A program made the translations under genes and the position numbers. Below, in pieces: positions 1 through 12,873 of a stretch of DNA of 64,000 nt (its first letter is position 1; the number at the start of each line of letters is the position of its first letter). Origin of the DNA: Lingula anatina (lineage: Eukaryota > Animalia > Brachiopoda); contig CM120647.1 of assembly GCA_051362555.1 (NCBI GenBank), positions 17,894,651 through 17,958,650 of the forward strand. The letters are read 5' to 3'. Under the pieces are notes generated by a model, which was given only the letters and a program-made list of their open reading frames with translations, searched no databases and had not been told where the DNA came from.

Positions 1-1040
1 GGGTTCAATATAAAATGAATTTTGTTTCTCGGTATTTCCCACATTCTTTTTGGACTTTTAGATATCTATCTGGTGGGTAACAAGTGTATACCCTTTAGTA
101 TTTTGAAAAAATATCATGATTACCCTCATTTGCCGTAGAAGTGCCTATAAAATCTAATGCACCAGTTTTCCTATGGGGAAAAGAAGGCTATCTTGGATTT
201 CCCCAAAATGATAAAATATGGACATTAATTACCTAACAGATATGTATCATGGGATAACAATACTAAAAAAAAAAAATAGAAAAACAACTGAATTCAGCTT
301 CATTTTATTTGTAAGCCTATCTCTCACAGGTATTAACTGAACCCCACCTTCTATGGCTAATGGCAGCCATTTTGTTTTGTTTTGTTTTCAAAAAGGATAC
401 ACATAACATTCTCATCACATATGTATTATGTGAATTAAAAAGATGTGGAAAATACCCAGAAACAAACCTAATTTATCAATTAATATTATATCTCCATGGC
501 AGAAGAAGCCCTATGTGTATACTAGTATTCCTTTAATATGGGGGCCATCTTGGATTTTTCTCGAATTGCCTGTGAATAAAGGTTAGTTACTTACCACAAA
601 TATATTATTTGTGTAATAGGAAACAAAATTAATTAGATAGTGGGCAATGCATCTTCCTAGTTGGCGTTATTTAATTGAAAATCCTTGTACAGTACATGTT
701 CTAGTATTCCTATGCCATACGGCGGCCATCTTGGATTTTTCAATAAGTCCAAGGACACTAGTTTGTTATCTGACACTTATGCATAATATGGGTAATAAGG
801 ATGTGGAAAACATTGAGAAAATACTTAATTTGGTAAAAATCAACATAGATATGTATGTATTTCTACAAAATTTCAAAAATTGGCGGCCATTTTGGATTTT
901 TTGGCCAAACGGTAATTTTTTTCCGTGGGCTACGGCTCTAATTTGATTTAGTATGTCAAAAGGTACCCACATGCAAAATTTGGTGCTTTTATCCGCTGTG
1001 TCACGATTTGGCCATTTTTTTGCCCTAAGCAACCGGACTA
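1..1040. mobile_element. Right part of a DNA transposon (Academ-like terminus ...CCGGACTA), inserted into a MITE
   Basis: Homology to the tandem-array units starts abruptly at 1041 (ctaagcatgc); the uninterrupted site reads gacagacgc|ctaagcatgc at 6715 and 12331. The segment has repeated GGCGGCCATCTTGGATTTT-type internal motifs (~188, 541, 721, 882) and ends in CTA (reverse strand TAGTCCGG...). The Academ label is inferred from the TAG terminus only. Confidence 0.6.
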
Positions 1041-1554
1041 CTAAGCATGCTTAGCTGACAGAAATCTAGTGAGACTCCCCACAGGGATAGATCGATCTAA
1101 AATCTATGGGAATGGGATCTAACACAGTCTTGAACACAAGATGCGGAGCACGCTAATATTTTAGTTACATTTGTCCAAAGGGAAGGCACTCACCAAAAGT
1201 TTTTGTTCTTTAAAAAAATATTAGGAGATATTACAGCAAATACAGAACAAAATTTAAATAAATTACATGTATTTGTTTCTAACATTCAGTGTACATTTTG
1301 GTAGCATCTAAAACTTTCAAACTTCAAAAATTGGAGGCCATAACAGAGTCAGCGAAAGGCACGATTCGGTGCCACGTTTGATCGCGCCATGAGTATAGAT
1401 AAACTCTTCTTTTTTTTTTTTTTTAGAAATATAGTGTTTTATGGGCGCCGCAATTACGCGACGTGACGGGATGACTGACGTGCTGTGTACTTTTTCCATG
1501 AGTTTATAACGCGTGATAAACGTATTGGCCGCCTGGATTTCTTTGGAAAAGTGG

Positions 1555-2910
1555 ATATCACATGCATATTATTCATTGGTAACACACGTTATACTTAACC
1601 TGGGGATGCAACGTGTATACTGCATTCCTACCTATTACTGATGAACGTTGAATCACATTAAAATAACGTGGTCCCCCTGTGGAAATCACATTCACATAAT
1701 TCGTGAGATTCACATTCAAAGTAACGTTACAGCAACGTTATACTTATACGTGGTACTACAACCTTATTTTCACGTTCATCCCTCTAACAGATTTACGTGG
1801 GGATCACATTCAAAGTAACACTGCTGACATGTTACAAATTTACGTGAGAATCACGTTCAAAGTAACGTTGGTGCAACGTTATATGGAACGTGGTGCAGAA
1901 ACGTGTATTCCACATTGAAAACTTTACACATGTAAGTAGAAACCACGTTTAAAATAACGTTGCTGGCACGTCACAGATTTACGTTAGAATCACGTTAAAA
2001 TTAACGTGGCTGTCATGCAATATGTAACGTATTGCTGCAACGTATATTCCACATTGAAAGCTCTCACAGATTTACAAAATAATAACCTTCAAAGTAATGT
2101 TGCTGCCACGTTACAGATTTACGTGGGAATCCCGTTCAAAGTAACGTTGTTGCCATGTTGTATGTAACATGTGTCTGCAACTTGTATTCCACGTTCAAAC
2201 CCCATACAGATTTATGCAGAAATCACATTCAAGTTAACGTTCCATCTACGTCATCTGTAACGTGGGACTGTAACGTGTATATTCTACTTTCAAACCTAGC
2301 TGTTACAGATTTAAGTAGAAATCACGTTCAGAGTAACATTTTTCTACCTTTGCATAACGTGGTTCCCACGTGGTAATCACATTCACATAAATCGTGCGAA
2401 TCACACTTAAAGCAGCGGTGCAGTCACGTTATACTTAATGTGGGGATGCAACGTGTATGCCACATCCCTTCCTATTACTGATGAACGTTCAATCACATTA
2501 AAATAACGTGGTTTCCACGTGGAAATCACATTTACATCATTCGTGAGATTCACATTCAAAGTAACGTTGCAGCAACGTTATATAACGTCGAGCTTCAACG
2601 TGCATACCAGGTCCCAACTTGATACTAATGAACGTTGATTCATATTCATATAACGCTGTTCCCACGTGGAAATCACATTAACATAATTCGTGAGAATCAC
2701 ATTGAAAGTAATGTTGCAGCCACATTCAGTAACGTGGTATGAAGATGGTGTTTTTGCTGGGAACAGAAAAGATGTTTAACATTTGGCGATAACGTTGATA
2801 CCACCTTGGTAAAACGTTGATTCCCCACTTCACATATATATACCACATTCCTCCACGTGGTAAGAACGTTTTGTGTTTTGTGTTTGTGTAAGAACGTTTT
2901 GTGCTTGTTA
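1555..2910. mobile_element. Non-autonomous DNA element with AACGT/AATCACATT sub-repeats (CCCA(G/A)C-type terminus, EnSpm-like)
   Basis: Many degenerate AATCACATTCAAAGTAACGTTGC sub-repeats. Terminus-like ...TTTTTGCTGGG at ~2761 and ...AACGTTTTGTGTTTGTTGGG in unit 4 (~18028). Copies at ~7225-8580 and ~16920-18030; mostly deleted in unit 3 (junction ~12890). Superfamily is inferred. Confidence 0.6.
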
Positions 2911-4107
2911 TAGTCTATTTCTTAAGCCGACTACCCACAGTGTTCTATAAAAAGCACCGAGCACCTTTAGGTTTATTGAAAGTAGGTAAGTAAATACACG
3001 CGACGTCTTTGAATGCTGAGCCCCCTTTGTCCGCTTCACCACTATTCACTGTGAGCTTCGAGACACAGGCTTTAAGGCTTTTATTTTTGTTGATTCTTAT
3101 TTTCTTTTCTCGTTGCTATTCAGTATGAAAAGCCTCACGTGATTACCATGAAGATCTCACGTGGATTTAGATTTACTGCACACAGACAAGGCATTGAACG
3201 GATGTTTGACAAAGTAGATTCTACAAAAATATTTTATTGTGTTGTATACAGTCGGAGAGCTTTTAGCACTGCTCGAATTCAACAGGTTGGGTTGACACTC
3301 CCCCCCCCCCCCAAAAAAAAAGAAAAACCCTTCTCCTCCCCCCCCCCCCCCACACACACATAGTAGTTGCATTCCTTTCAGAGAAGATATACATTTTATA
3401 AAACTAAATATAATATGCGATACTCACAATGAAAAGTTTGGAGCGAACTTGCTGAAAACTAAACAGCGCAGGTTGTTATAAGAAAAATTTTTGTTGCAAA
3501 TTTGATTGAGCATCAAAAGTTTGCGGCAAGTTTTCGCAAAGTCTTTCTCCTCTTTCAAATTTTACAGTTTTTCATATACATGGTAAAACTCCTTCTTGAA
3601 AATTGGCAGCAAATTTGCGACAACGGTTTGCAAAAAGCCTAAAATTTTGTCTAGGGTAAAATTCACTTCAAGCTAGATATAGGATATAACAGATGATTCT
3701 TTCTTCAATAACCATGGTTAAGATACATGAAGATGCAACAACTTGAATGCCCATTATCTAAATGTATTTTATCTCCATACTACGCATACTACAAAAAATT
3801 CCTCCGAAATGATAAATCTTTTCCAAAGAATGTTTGCAATTGTTATCTAACATCTATTCGAAAGTGTTTGTCTTTGCTGGCTAAACAGGTAGCAAACTAT
3901 TCAATTTGTTTTTATTTTATTTTCTTTCTTCGTCCCCAAGGAGAGGCGGTTGGTGTCGGGGTCTGTTCGTATGAGGTGCTTGACTCTGACGTGGTAGCTG
4001 GTTCTAATGTCATAGTTCTCACTGACGTCGTAGTTGGTATTAATGCGCTAATCAGCGCGAGTAGCTGGTTCTGACGTCGTAGTCATTTCTGAAGAGGTAG
4101 CCAGTTT

Positions 4108-5747
4108 TTACGTGGTAGTCATTTCTGATGAAGTAGTCAGTTCTGACGTGGTTGTCATTTCTGACGAAGTAGTCAGTTGTGACGTGGTTGTCATTTCTGA
4201 CGTGGTTGTCATTTTTGATGAAGTAGTCAGTTCTGACGTGGTTGTTAGTTCTGACGTGGTTGTCATTTCTGATGAAGTAGTCAGTTCTGACGTGGTTGTC
4301 ATTTCTGACGAAGTAGTCAGTTCCGACGTGGTTGTCATTTCTGATGAAGTAGTCAGTTCTGACTTGGATGTTATTTCTGATGAAGTAGTCATTTCTGACG
4401 TGGTAGTCTTTTCTGATGTGGTAGTCATTTTTGACGAAGTTGTCGGTTTTGACGTGGTAGTCATTTCTGCCGAAGTTGTCAGTTCTGACGTGGTAGTCAT
4501 TTCTGCCGAAGTAGTCAGTTCTGACGTGGTTGTCATTACTGACATAGTAGTTGTTTTTGACGTCGTAGTCAGTTCAGAAGATGTAGCCGGTTCTGCCGTT
4601 GTAGTTGGTTCTGAAGCCGTCCTGGGCCCTGTAGATGTAGTCGGTTCTACTGAGGTTGCCAATTCTGACGAAGTAGTTGGTTTTGACGTGGTTGTCATTT
4701 CTGACGAAGGTGCCAGTTCTGACGTATTAGTTGGTTCTGACGCTATAGTCGGATCTAAGGCTGTTGTAACTTCTGAAGTAGTACTACTTGGTTCTGACAT
4801 GTTAGTCAACTCTGACGTCGTAGTCATTTTAAATGTAGTCATTTCTGATGTAATCGATTCTGATTTCGCCATAAAATTAGCTGTAGGAACAGGTGTTTCA
4901 GTTGAAATCCCGCTGTATTGGGTCATTTCACTGCGGGTCCCATTGAAAGTATCATTTTCTCCTAAAACAGATCAACAGTTTAGCGAAGCTATGCTTTTTT
5001 TGTGTGTGAATTTATGAAGTTCCTGTGATTTCAGTGCGAGCAAAAGATATTGTTCAGTTAAGTTGCTTATTAGAATACAAATAGTAAATAACAGTTAAAC
5101 ACAAGCATACTATAAACTATACACATGATAACTGCTCAATGAGAGGCCTATAAATCTTCTACAGGTATAGAAATATACAAAGCTATAGGGCCCATTTCTT
5201 ATGAAACTATCGTCCTACGTAGATTGACCCAACTCCGCAGGGAATCACGATGAATGATATTAGATCAACATATTGGCACTCCTCTTTTTCTACCTAGCGT
5301 ACTCGCGTAATCAACAGCTTTCCTGAATTCTATTCAACTCCAGGTGGGGCGTGTTAATCTGTTTATCTGTTTGCTTTCAGCTAGAGTCCCTGCGGAGTTG
5401 GATCAATATATAGTTCATTCATTGGTAATGAGCCCTAAGACTGTTAGGGAGGGATTTATTAGAGCAGACTCACCTTGATTCCTACATGTACATGCGCAGT
5501 ATTCAGAAGTAATCACGATGATTGCCACAACCAAGATAACATTGAGTAAAACAGAAAGAGACAGAACACCGTAGATAGCCAGTTGACGGTATTTAATTCT
5601 CTTTCCTGCCTCTTCATTCGTTGGCTGCAGTGCCTCATAGTTGATAGTCCCACCAGCGTGCACATCGTCATACGTGTCAGACTGTGGTCTCGTGATCGTA
5701 CTTGAAGAGACCTCGTGAGCTGGTTCATACACATGAACGTCGGTCAT
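4108..5747 (-). CDS. Type II TM mucin-stalk protein, copy 1 (C-terminally truncated, ~375 aa; possible pseudogene)
   Basis: Exon 1 is 5747-5474: MTDVHVYEPA...TYDDV...INYEAL...IKYRQL, a TM helix, then CACTCRNQG|gtgagt. Exon 2 is 4961-4108, after ttttag in phase 1 (GENDTFNGTRSEMTQ...), with SEMTTT/SELTTS hexapeptide repeats. The TAA at 4110-4108 is premature; the family C-terminus (SPWGRRKKIK*) lies downstream at ~3912-3945 in another frame. Confidence 0.85.
5188..5435. mobile_element. PIF/Harbinger-type MITE (GGGCCCATTCC family) in the mucin-gene intron
   Basis: Imperfect long terminal inverted repeats GGGCCCATTT.../...AATGAGCCC with palindromic arms (CCAACTCCGCAGGGA / TCCCTGCGGAGTTGG). It sits at the same intronic position in all four units (~10811-11059, ~15011-15245, ~20406-20925 interrupted). 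Confidence 0.8.
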
Positions 5748-6568
5748 TTCTACGGTTAGTCGCTTGGTGGTTGGATATTTCACTGGTGTTAGAATTGCAC
5801 ACAAAATTCAAAATAAACTAGGGTGGGGCTCGTTTTTTTCCGTTTGAAACTGGGAGCCTTCCCTATTTTCGTTTTCTCTATAAATCACCAGCGGGTTTTC
5901 TTTTCACGATGTGCTTTCAATTGTGATGAACGCGCAGACTGAATGGACGCGCTGAGTTCCACCTCATATATGATATGGTACCTTTTCTTTCGTCGAACAC
6001 CTGACTTTTATTTAAATTCTGAAATTTTATAGGAATGTAATTTAATCTCGTGCCTCACTTAACGCCCCCTTTCAACACGACTGATTTGACCTCAACTAAC
6101 ACATCCCTCTCCCTCACAGAACACATCGAAAGTAACCGGAACACTGGCATATAAAAGATTTTGGTTAGGTGTTAAGGAAATTAACAATAACATAATAGGA
6201 CAGGATGGCAAATTCACAGCAGTTTCCTCTGTGAAATGGGAAAGAGAAAACCCTCGAGGGGAGAAGGGAAGTGATATGGGGTTTATTGTGCCCCATGAAT
6301 CCGCCATTTGAATAGTGTCAGATATACTTCCGCCGCTCTTAATATCGTAAGCTAACAGTTTATTTTGGACAGCCAACTAACTTAGCAAAGTTATTCTTTA
6401 GGGGCAGTGTATGGGCCATGTTAAAACGTCTCAACATGGAACGTCCACAACCGAGGTTAGAAGCGAATCACACCAAAGGGAGGTTCGACGGGCATGTTAA
6501 ATTACGCGCTATCAAAGGATGGAGTATTGAGGAACCCCCACCCCCAACACCATCATCCACGAATATAA

Positions 6569-6793
6569 GGGTGCATACCCAGAGATTTAGATCGATCCAG
6601 AGATTTAGATTTAGATCGACCTAACTCCCTGGGGTGTCGCGCTAAATTGCAGTCAGCCAAGCGCGCACCATAGTTAATTACCCCCTTGCAGCTTTTAGTA
6701 GGCGGGACAGACGCCTAAGCATGCTTAGCTGACAGAAATCTAGTGAGACTCCCCACAGGGATAGATCGATCTAAAATCTATGGGAATGGGATC
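6569..6793. mobile_element. PIF/Harbinger-type MITE with TAA target-site duplication
   Basis: Reads gaata-TAA|GGGTGCATACCCA...TGGGAATGGGATC|TAA-cacagtc. The empty site gaatataacagtc is seen at the unit 3/4 junction (~16504-16517). Also present at ~12197-12409 and as a right half at 1041-1119. Confidence 0.85.
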
Positions 6794-9769
6794 TAACACA
6801 GTCTTGAACACAAGATGCGGAGCACGCTAATATTTTAGTTACATTTGTCCAAAGGGAAGGCACGCACCATAAGTTTTTGTTCTTTAAAAAAATATTAGGA
6901 GATATTACAGCAAATACAGAACAAAATTTAAATAAATTACATGTATTTGTTTCTAACATTCAGTGTACATTTTGGTAGCATCTAAAACTTTCAAACTTCA
7001 AAAATTGGAGGCCATAACAGAGTCAGCGAAAGGCACGATTCGATGCCACGTTTGATCACGCCATGAGTATAGATAAACTCTTTTTTTTTTTGAAAAATAT
7101 AGTGTTTTATGGGCTCCGCAATTACGCGACGTGACGGGATGACTGACGTGCTGTGTACTTTTTTCATGAGTTTATAACGCGTGATAATCGTATTGGCCTC
7201 CTGGATTTCTTTGGAAAAGTGGATATCACATTCATATTATTCATTGGTAACACACGTTATACTAAACCTGGGGATGCAACGTGTATACTGCATTCCTACC
7301 TATTACTGATGAACGTTGAATCACATTAAAATAACGTGGTCCCCCTGTGGAAATCACATTCACATAATTCGTGAGATTCACATTCAAAGTAACGTTACAG
7401 CAACGTTATACTTAAACGTGGTACTACAACCTTATTTTCACGTTCATCCCTCTTACAGATTTACGTGGGGATCACATTCAAAGTAACACTGCTGACATGT
7501 TACAAATTTACGTGAGAATCACGTTCAAAGTAACGTTGGTGCAACGTTATATGGAACGTGGTGAAGAAACGTGTATTCCACATTGAAAAATTTACACATG
7601 TAAGTAGAAACCACGTTTAAAATAACGTTGCTGGCACGTCACAGATTTACGTTAGAATCAAGTTAAAATTAACGTGGCTGTCATGCAATATGTAACGTAT
7701 TGCTGCAACGTATATTCCAATTTGAAACCTCTCACAGATTTACAAAATAATAACGTTCTAAGTAATGTTGCTGCCACGTTACAGATTTACGTGGGAATCC
7801 CGTTCAAAGTAACGTTGTTGCCATGTTGTCTGTAACACGTGTCTGCAACTTGTATTCCACGTTCAAACCCCATACAGATTTATGCAGAAATCACATTCAA
7901 ATTAACGTTGCATCTACGTCATCTGTAACGTGGGACTGTAACGTGTATATTCTACTTTCAAACCTAGCTGTTACAGATTTAAGTAGAAATCACGTTCAGA
8001 GTAACATTTTTCTACCTTTGCATAACGTGGTTCCCACGTGGTAATCACATTCACATAAATCGTGCGAATCACACTTAAAGCAGCGGTGCAGTCACGTTAT
8101 ACTTAATGTGGGGATGCAACGTGTATGCCACATCCCTTCCTATTACTGATGAACGTTCAATCACATTAAAATAACGTGGTTTCCACGTGGAAATCACATT
8201 TACATCATTCGTGAGATTCACATTCAAAGTAACGTTGCAGCAACGTTATATAACGTCGAGCTTCAACGTGCATACCAGGTCCCAACTTGATACTAATGAA
8301 CGTTGATTCATATTCATATAACGCTGTTCCCACGTGGAAATCACATTAACATAATTCGTGAGAATCACATTGAAAGTAATGTTGCAGCCACATTCAGTAA
8401 CGTGGTATGAAGATGGTGTTTTTGCTGGGAACAGAAAAGATGTTTAACATTTGGCGATAACGTTGATACCACCTTGGTAAAACGTTGATTCCCCACTTCA
8501 CATATATATATACCACATTCCTCCACGTGGTAAGAACGTTTTGTGTTTTGTGTTTGTGTAAGAACGTTTTGTGCTTGTTATAGTCTATTTCTTAAGCCGA
8601 CTACCCACAGTGTTCTATAAAAAGCACCGAGCACCTTTAGGTTTATTGAAAGTAGGTAAGTAAATACACGCTACGTCTTTGAATGCTGAGCCCCCTTTGT
8701 CCGCTTCACCACTTTTCACTGTGAGCTTCGAGACACAGGCTCTAAGGCTTTTATTTTTGTTGATTCTTATTTTCTTTTCTCGTTGCTATTCAGTATGAAA
8801 AGCCTCACGTGATTACCATGAAGATCTCACGTGGATTTCCATTTACTGCACACAGACAAGGCATTGAACGGATGTTTGACAAAGTAGATTCTACAAAAAT
8901 ATTTTATTGTGTTGTATACAGTCGGAGAGCTTTTAACACTGCTCGAATTCAACAGGTTGGGTTGACACTCCCCCCCCCCCCCAAAAAAAGAAAACCCCTC
9001 TCCCCCCCCCACACACACACATAGTAGTTGCATTCCTTTCAGAGAAGATATACATTTTATAAAACTAAATATAATATGCGATTCTCACAATGAAAAGTTT
9101 GGAGCGAACTTGCTGAAAACTAAACAGCGCAGGTTGTTATAAGAAAAATTTTTGTTGCAAATTTGATTGAGCATCAAAAGTTTGCGGCAAATTTTCGCAA
9201 AGTCTTTCTCCTCTTTCAAATTTTTACAGTTTTTCATATACATGGTAAAACTCCTTCTTGAAAATTGGCAGCAAATTTGCGACAACGGTTTGCAAAAAGC
9301 CTAAAATTTTGTCTAGGGTAAAATTCACTTCAAGCTAGATATAGGATATAACAGATGATTCTTTCTTCAATAACCATGGTTAAGATACATGAAGATGCAA
9401 CAACTTGAATGCCCATTATCTAAATGTATTTTATCTCCATACTACGCATACTACAAAAAATTCCACCTAAATGATAAATCTTTTCCATGGAATGTTTGCA
9501 ATTGTTATCTAACATCTATTCGAATGTGTTTGTCTTTGCTGGCTAAACAGGTAGCAAACTATTCAATTTGTTTTTATTTTATTTTCTTTCTTCGTCCCCA
9601 AGGAGAGACGGTTGGTGTCAGGGTCTGTTCGTATGAGGTGCTTGACTCTGACGTGGTAGATGGTTCTAATGTCATAGTTCTCACTGACGTCATAGTTGGT
9701 ATTAATGCGCTAATCAGCGCAAGTAGCTGGTTCTGACGTCGTAGTCATTTCTGAAGAGGTAGCCAGTTT

Positions 9770-11371
9770 TTACGTGGTAGTCATTTCTGATGAAGTAGTC
9801 AGTTCTGACGTGGTTGTCATTTCTGACGAAGTAGTCAGTTGTGACGTGGTTGTCATTTCTGACGTGGTTGTCATTTTTGATGAAGTAGTCAGTTCTGACG
9901 TGGTTGTCATTTCTGACGTGGTTGTCAGTTCGGACGTGGTTGTCATTTCTGATGAAGTAGTCAGTTCTGACGTGGTTGTCATTTCTGACGAAGTAGTCAG
10001 TTCCGACGTGGTTGTCATTTCTGATGAAGTAGTCAGTTCTGATTTGGATGTTATTTCTGATGAAGTAGTCATTTCTGACGTGGTAGTCTTTTCTGATGTG
10101 GTAGTCATTTCTGACGAAGTTGTCGGTTCTGACGTGGTAGTCATTTCTGCCGAAGTTGTCAGTTCTGACGTGGTAGTCATTTCTGCCGAAGTAGTCAGTT
10201 CTGACGTGGTTGTCATTACTGACATAGTAGTTGTTTTTGACGTCGTAGTCAGTTCAGAAGATGTAGCCGGTTCTGCCGTTGTAGTTGGTTCTGAAGCCGT
10301 CCTGGGCCCTGTAGATGTAGTCGGTTCTACTGAGGTTGCCAATTCTGACGAAGTAGTTGGTTCTGACGTGGTTGTCATTTCTGACGAAGGTGCCAGTTCT
10401 GACGTACTACTTGGTTCTGACATGTTAGTCAACTCTGGCGTCGTAGTCATTTTAAATGTAGTCACTTTTGATGTAATCGATTCTGATTTCGCCATAAAAT
10501 TAGCTGTAGGAACAGGTGTTTCAGTTGAAATCCCGCTGTATTGGGTCATTTCACTGCGGGTCCCGTTGAAAGTATCATTTTCTCCTAAAACAGATCAACA
10601 GTTTAGCGAAGCTATGCTTTTTTTGTGTGTGAATTTATGAAGTTCCTGTGATTTCAGTGCGAGCAAAAGATATTGTACAGTTAAGTTGCTTATTAGAATA
10701 CAAATAGTAAATAACAGTTAAACACAAGCATACTATAAACTATACACATGATAACTGCTCAATGAGAGGCCTATAAATCTTCTACAGGTATAGAAATATA
10801 CAAAGCTATAGGGCCCATTCCTTATGAAACTATCGTCCTACGTAGATTGACCCAACTCCGCAGGGAATCTCGATGAATGATATTAGATCAACATATTGGC
10901 ACTCCTCTTTTTCTACCTAGCGTACTCGCGTAATCAACAGCTTTCCTGAATTCTATTCAACTCCAGGTGGGGGCGTGTTAATCTGTTTATCTGTTTGCTT
11001 TCAGCTAGAGTCCCTGCGGAGTTGGATCAATATATAGTTCATTCATTGGGAATGAGCCCTAAGACTGTTAGGGAGGGATTTATTAGAGCAGACTCACCTT
11101 GATTCCTACATGTACATGTGCAGTATTCAGAAGTAATCACGATGATTGCCACAACCAAGATAACATTGAGTAAAACAGAAAGAGACAGAACACCGTAGAG
11201 AGCCAGTTGTCGGTATTTAATTCTCTTTCCCACCTCTTCATTCGTTGGCTGCAGTGCCTCATAGTTGATAGTCCCAGCAGCGTGCACATCGTCATACGTG
11301 TCAGACTGTGGCCTCGTGGTCGTACTTGAAGAGACCTCGTGAGCTGGTTCATACACATAAACGTCGGTCAT
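9770..11371 (-). CDS. Type II TM mucin-stalk protein, copy 2 (truncated, ~362 aa; possible pseudogene)
   Basis: Exon 1 is 11371-11098 and exon 2 is 10584-9770, with the same splice sites and phase as copy 1. It shares the premature TAA and downstream frameshift, and has a 39-nt in-frame deletion relative to copy 1. Confidence 0.85.
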
Positions 11372-12781
11372 TTCTACGGTTAGTCGCTTGGTGGTTGGAT
11401 ATTTCACTGGTGTTAGAATTGCACACAAAATTCTAAATAAACTAGGGTGGGGCTCGTTTTTTCCGTTTGAAACTGGGAGCCTTCCCTATTTTCGTTTTCT
11501 CCTTATATCACCAGCGGGTTTTCTTTTCAAGATGTGCTTTCAATTGTGATGAACGCGCAGACTGAATGGACGCGCTGGGTTCCACCTCATATATGATATG
11601 GTACCTTTTCTTTCGTCGAACACCTGACTTTTATTTAAATTCTGAAATTTTATAGTAATGTAATTTAATCTCGTGCCTCACTTAACGCCCCCTTTCAACA
11701 CGACTGATTTGTCCTCAACTAACACATCCCTCTGCCTCAAAGAACACATCGAAAGTAACCGGGACACTGGCATATAAAGGGTTTTGGTAAGGTGTTAAGG
11801 AAATTAACAATAACATAATAGGACAGGATGGCAAATTCACAGCAGTTTCCTCTGTGGAATGGGAAGGAGACCCCCCCCCCCCCCCCCCCGAGGGGAGAAG
11901 GGAAGTGACATGGGGTTTATTGTGCCCCATGAATCCGCCATTTGAATAGTGTCAGATATACTTACGCCGCTCTTAATATCGTAAGCTAACAGTTAATTTT
12001 GGTCAGCCAACTCGACCTTATCAAAGTTATTCTTTAGGGGCCGTATATGGGCCATGTTAAAACGTCTCAACATGGAACGTCCACAACCGAGGTTAGAAGC
12101 GAATCACACCAAAGGGAGGTTCGACGGGCATGTTAAATTACGCGCTATCAAAGGATGGAGTATTGAGGAACCCCCTCCCCCCACACCATCATCCACGTTG
12201 CATCCCCAGAGATTTAGATCGATCCAGAGATTTAGATTTAGATCGACCTAACTCCCTGGGGGTTTGCGCTAAATTGCAGTCAGCTATAGTTAATTACCCC
12301 CTTGCAGCTTTTAGTAGGCGGGACAGACGCCTAAGCATGCTTAGCTGACAGAAATCTAGTGAGACTCCCCACAGGGATAGATCGATCTAAAATCTATGGG
12401 AATGGGATCTAACACAGTCTTGAACACAAGATGCGGAGCACGCTTATATTCTATAAATATTTGTCCAAAGGGAAGGCACGCACCAAAAGTTTTTGTTCTT
12501 TAAAAAATATAAGGAGATTTTAGAGCAAATACAGAACAAAATTTAAATAAATTAAATGTATTTGTTTCTAACATTCAGTGTACATTTTGGTAGCATCTAA
12601 AGCTTTCAAACTTCAAAAATTGGAGGCCATAACAGAGTCAGCGAAAGGCACGATTCGGTGCCACGTTTGATCACGCCATGAGTATAGATAAACTCTTTTA
12701 TTTTTGAGAAATGTAGTGTTTTATGGGCGCCGCAATTACGCGACGTGACGGGATGACTGACGTGCTGTGTACTTTTTCCAT

Positions 12782-12873
12782 GAGTTTATAACGCGTGATA
12801 AACGTAATGGCCGCCTGGATTTCTTTGGAGTTTATAACGCGTGATAAACGTATTGGCCGCCTGGATTTCTTTG
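12782..12873. repeat. 46-bp tandem duplication next to a ~1.1-kb deletion in unit 3
   Basis: gagtttataacgcgtgataaacgta(a/t)tggccgcctggatttctttg occurs twice. The junction ggatatcacat|aattcgtgag then joins unit-1 positions ~1563 and ~2685. Confidence 0.9.

Noticed and set aside
1555-2910. CRISPR-like or coding interpretation of the regularly spaced AACGT repeats (also the TTGGCCC repeats at 27721-29137)
   Set aside because: The repeats are degenerate with no unique constant-length spacers and no cas genes, in a eukaryotic context. They fit transposon sub-terminal repeats.
5748-5804. N-terminal extensions of the ORF-track proteins (MCAILTPVK..., MHSKLSIL..., MTANYNK...)
   Set aside because: They start at GTG/TTG or lie in intron/UTR sequence. 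The eukaryotic ATG starts and splice acceptors give better models.
1041-12330. Units 1 and 2 as a pure assembly false duplication
   Set aside because: They differ by many substitutions and indels, and unit 2 shares diagnostic sites with unit 3, as expected from unequal crossover. A haplotype artefact cannot be fully excluded without reads.
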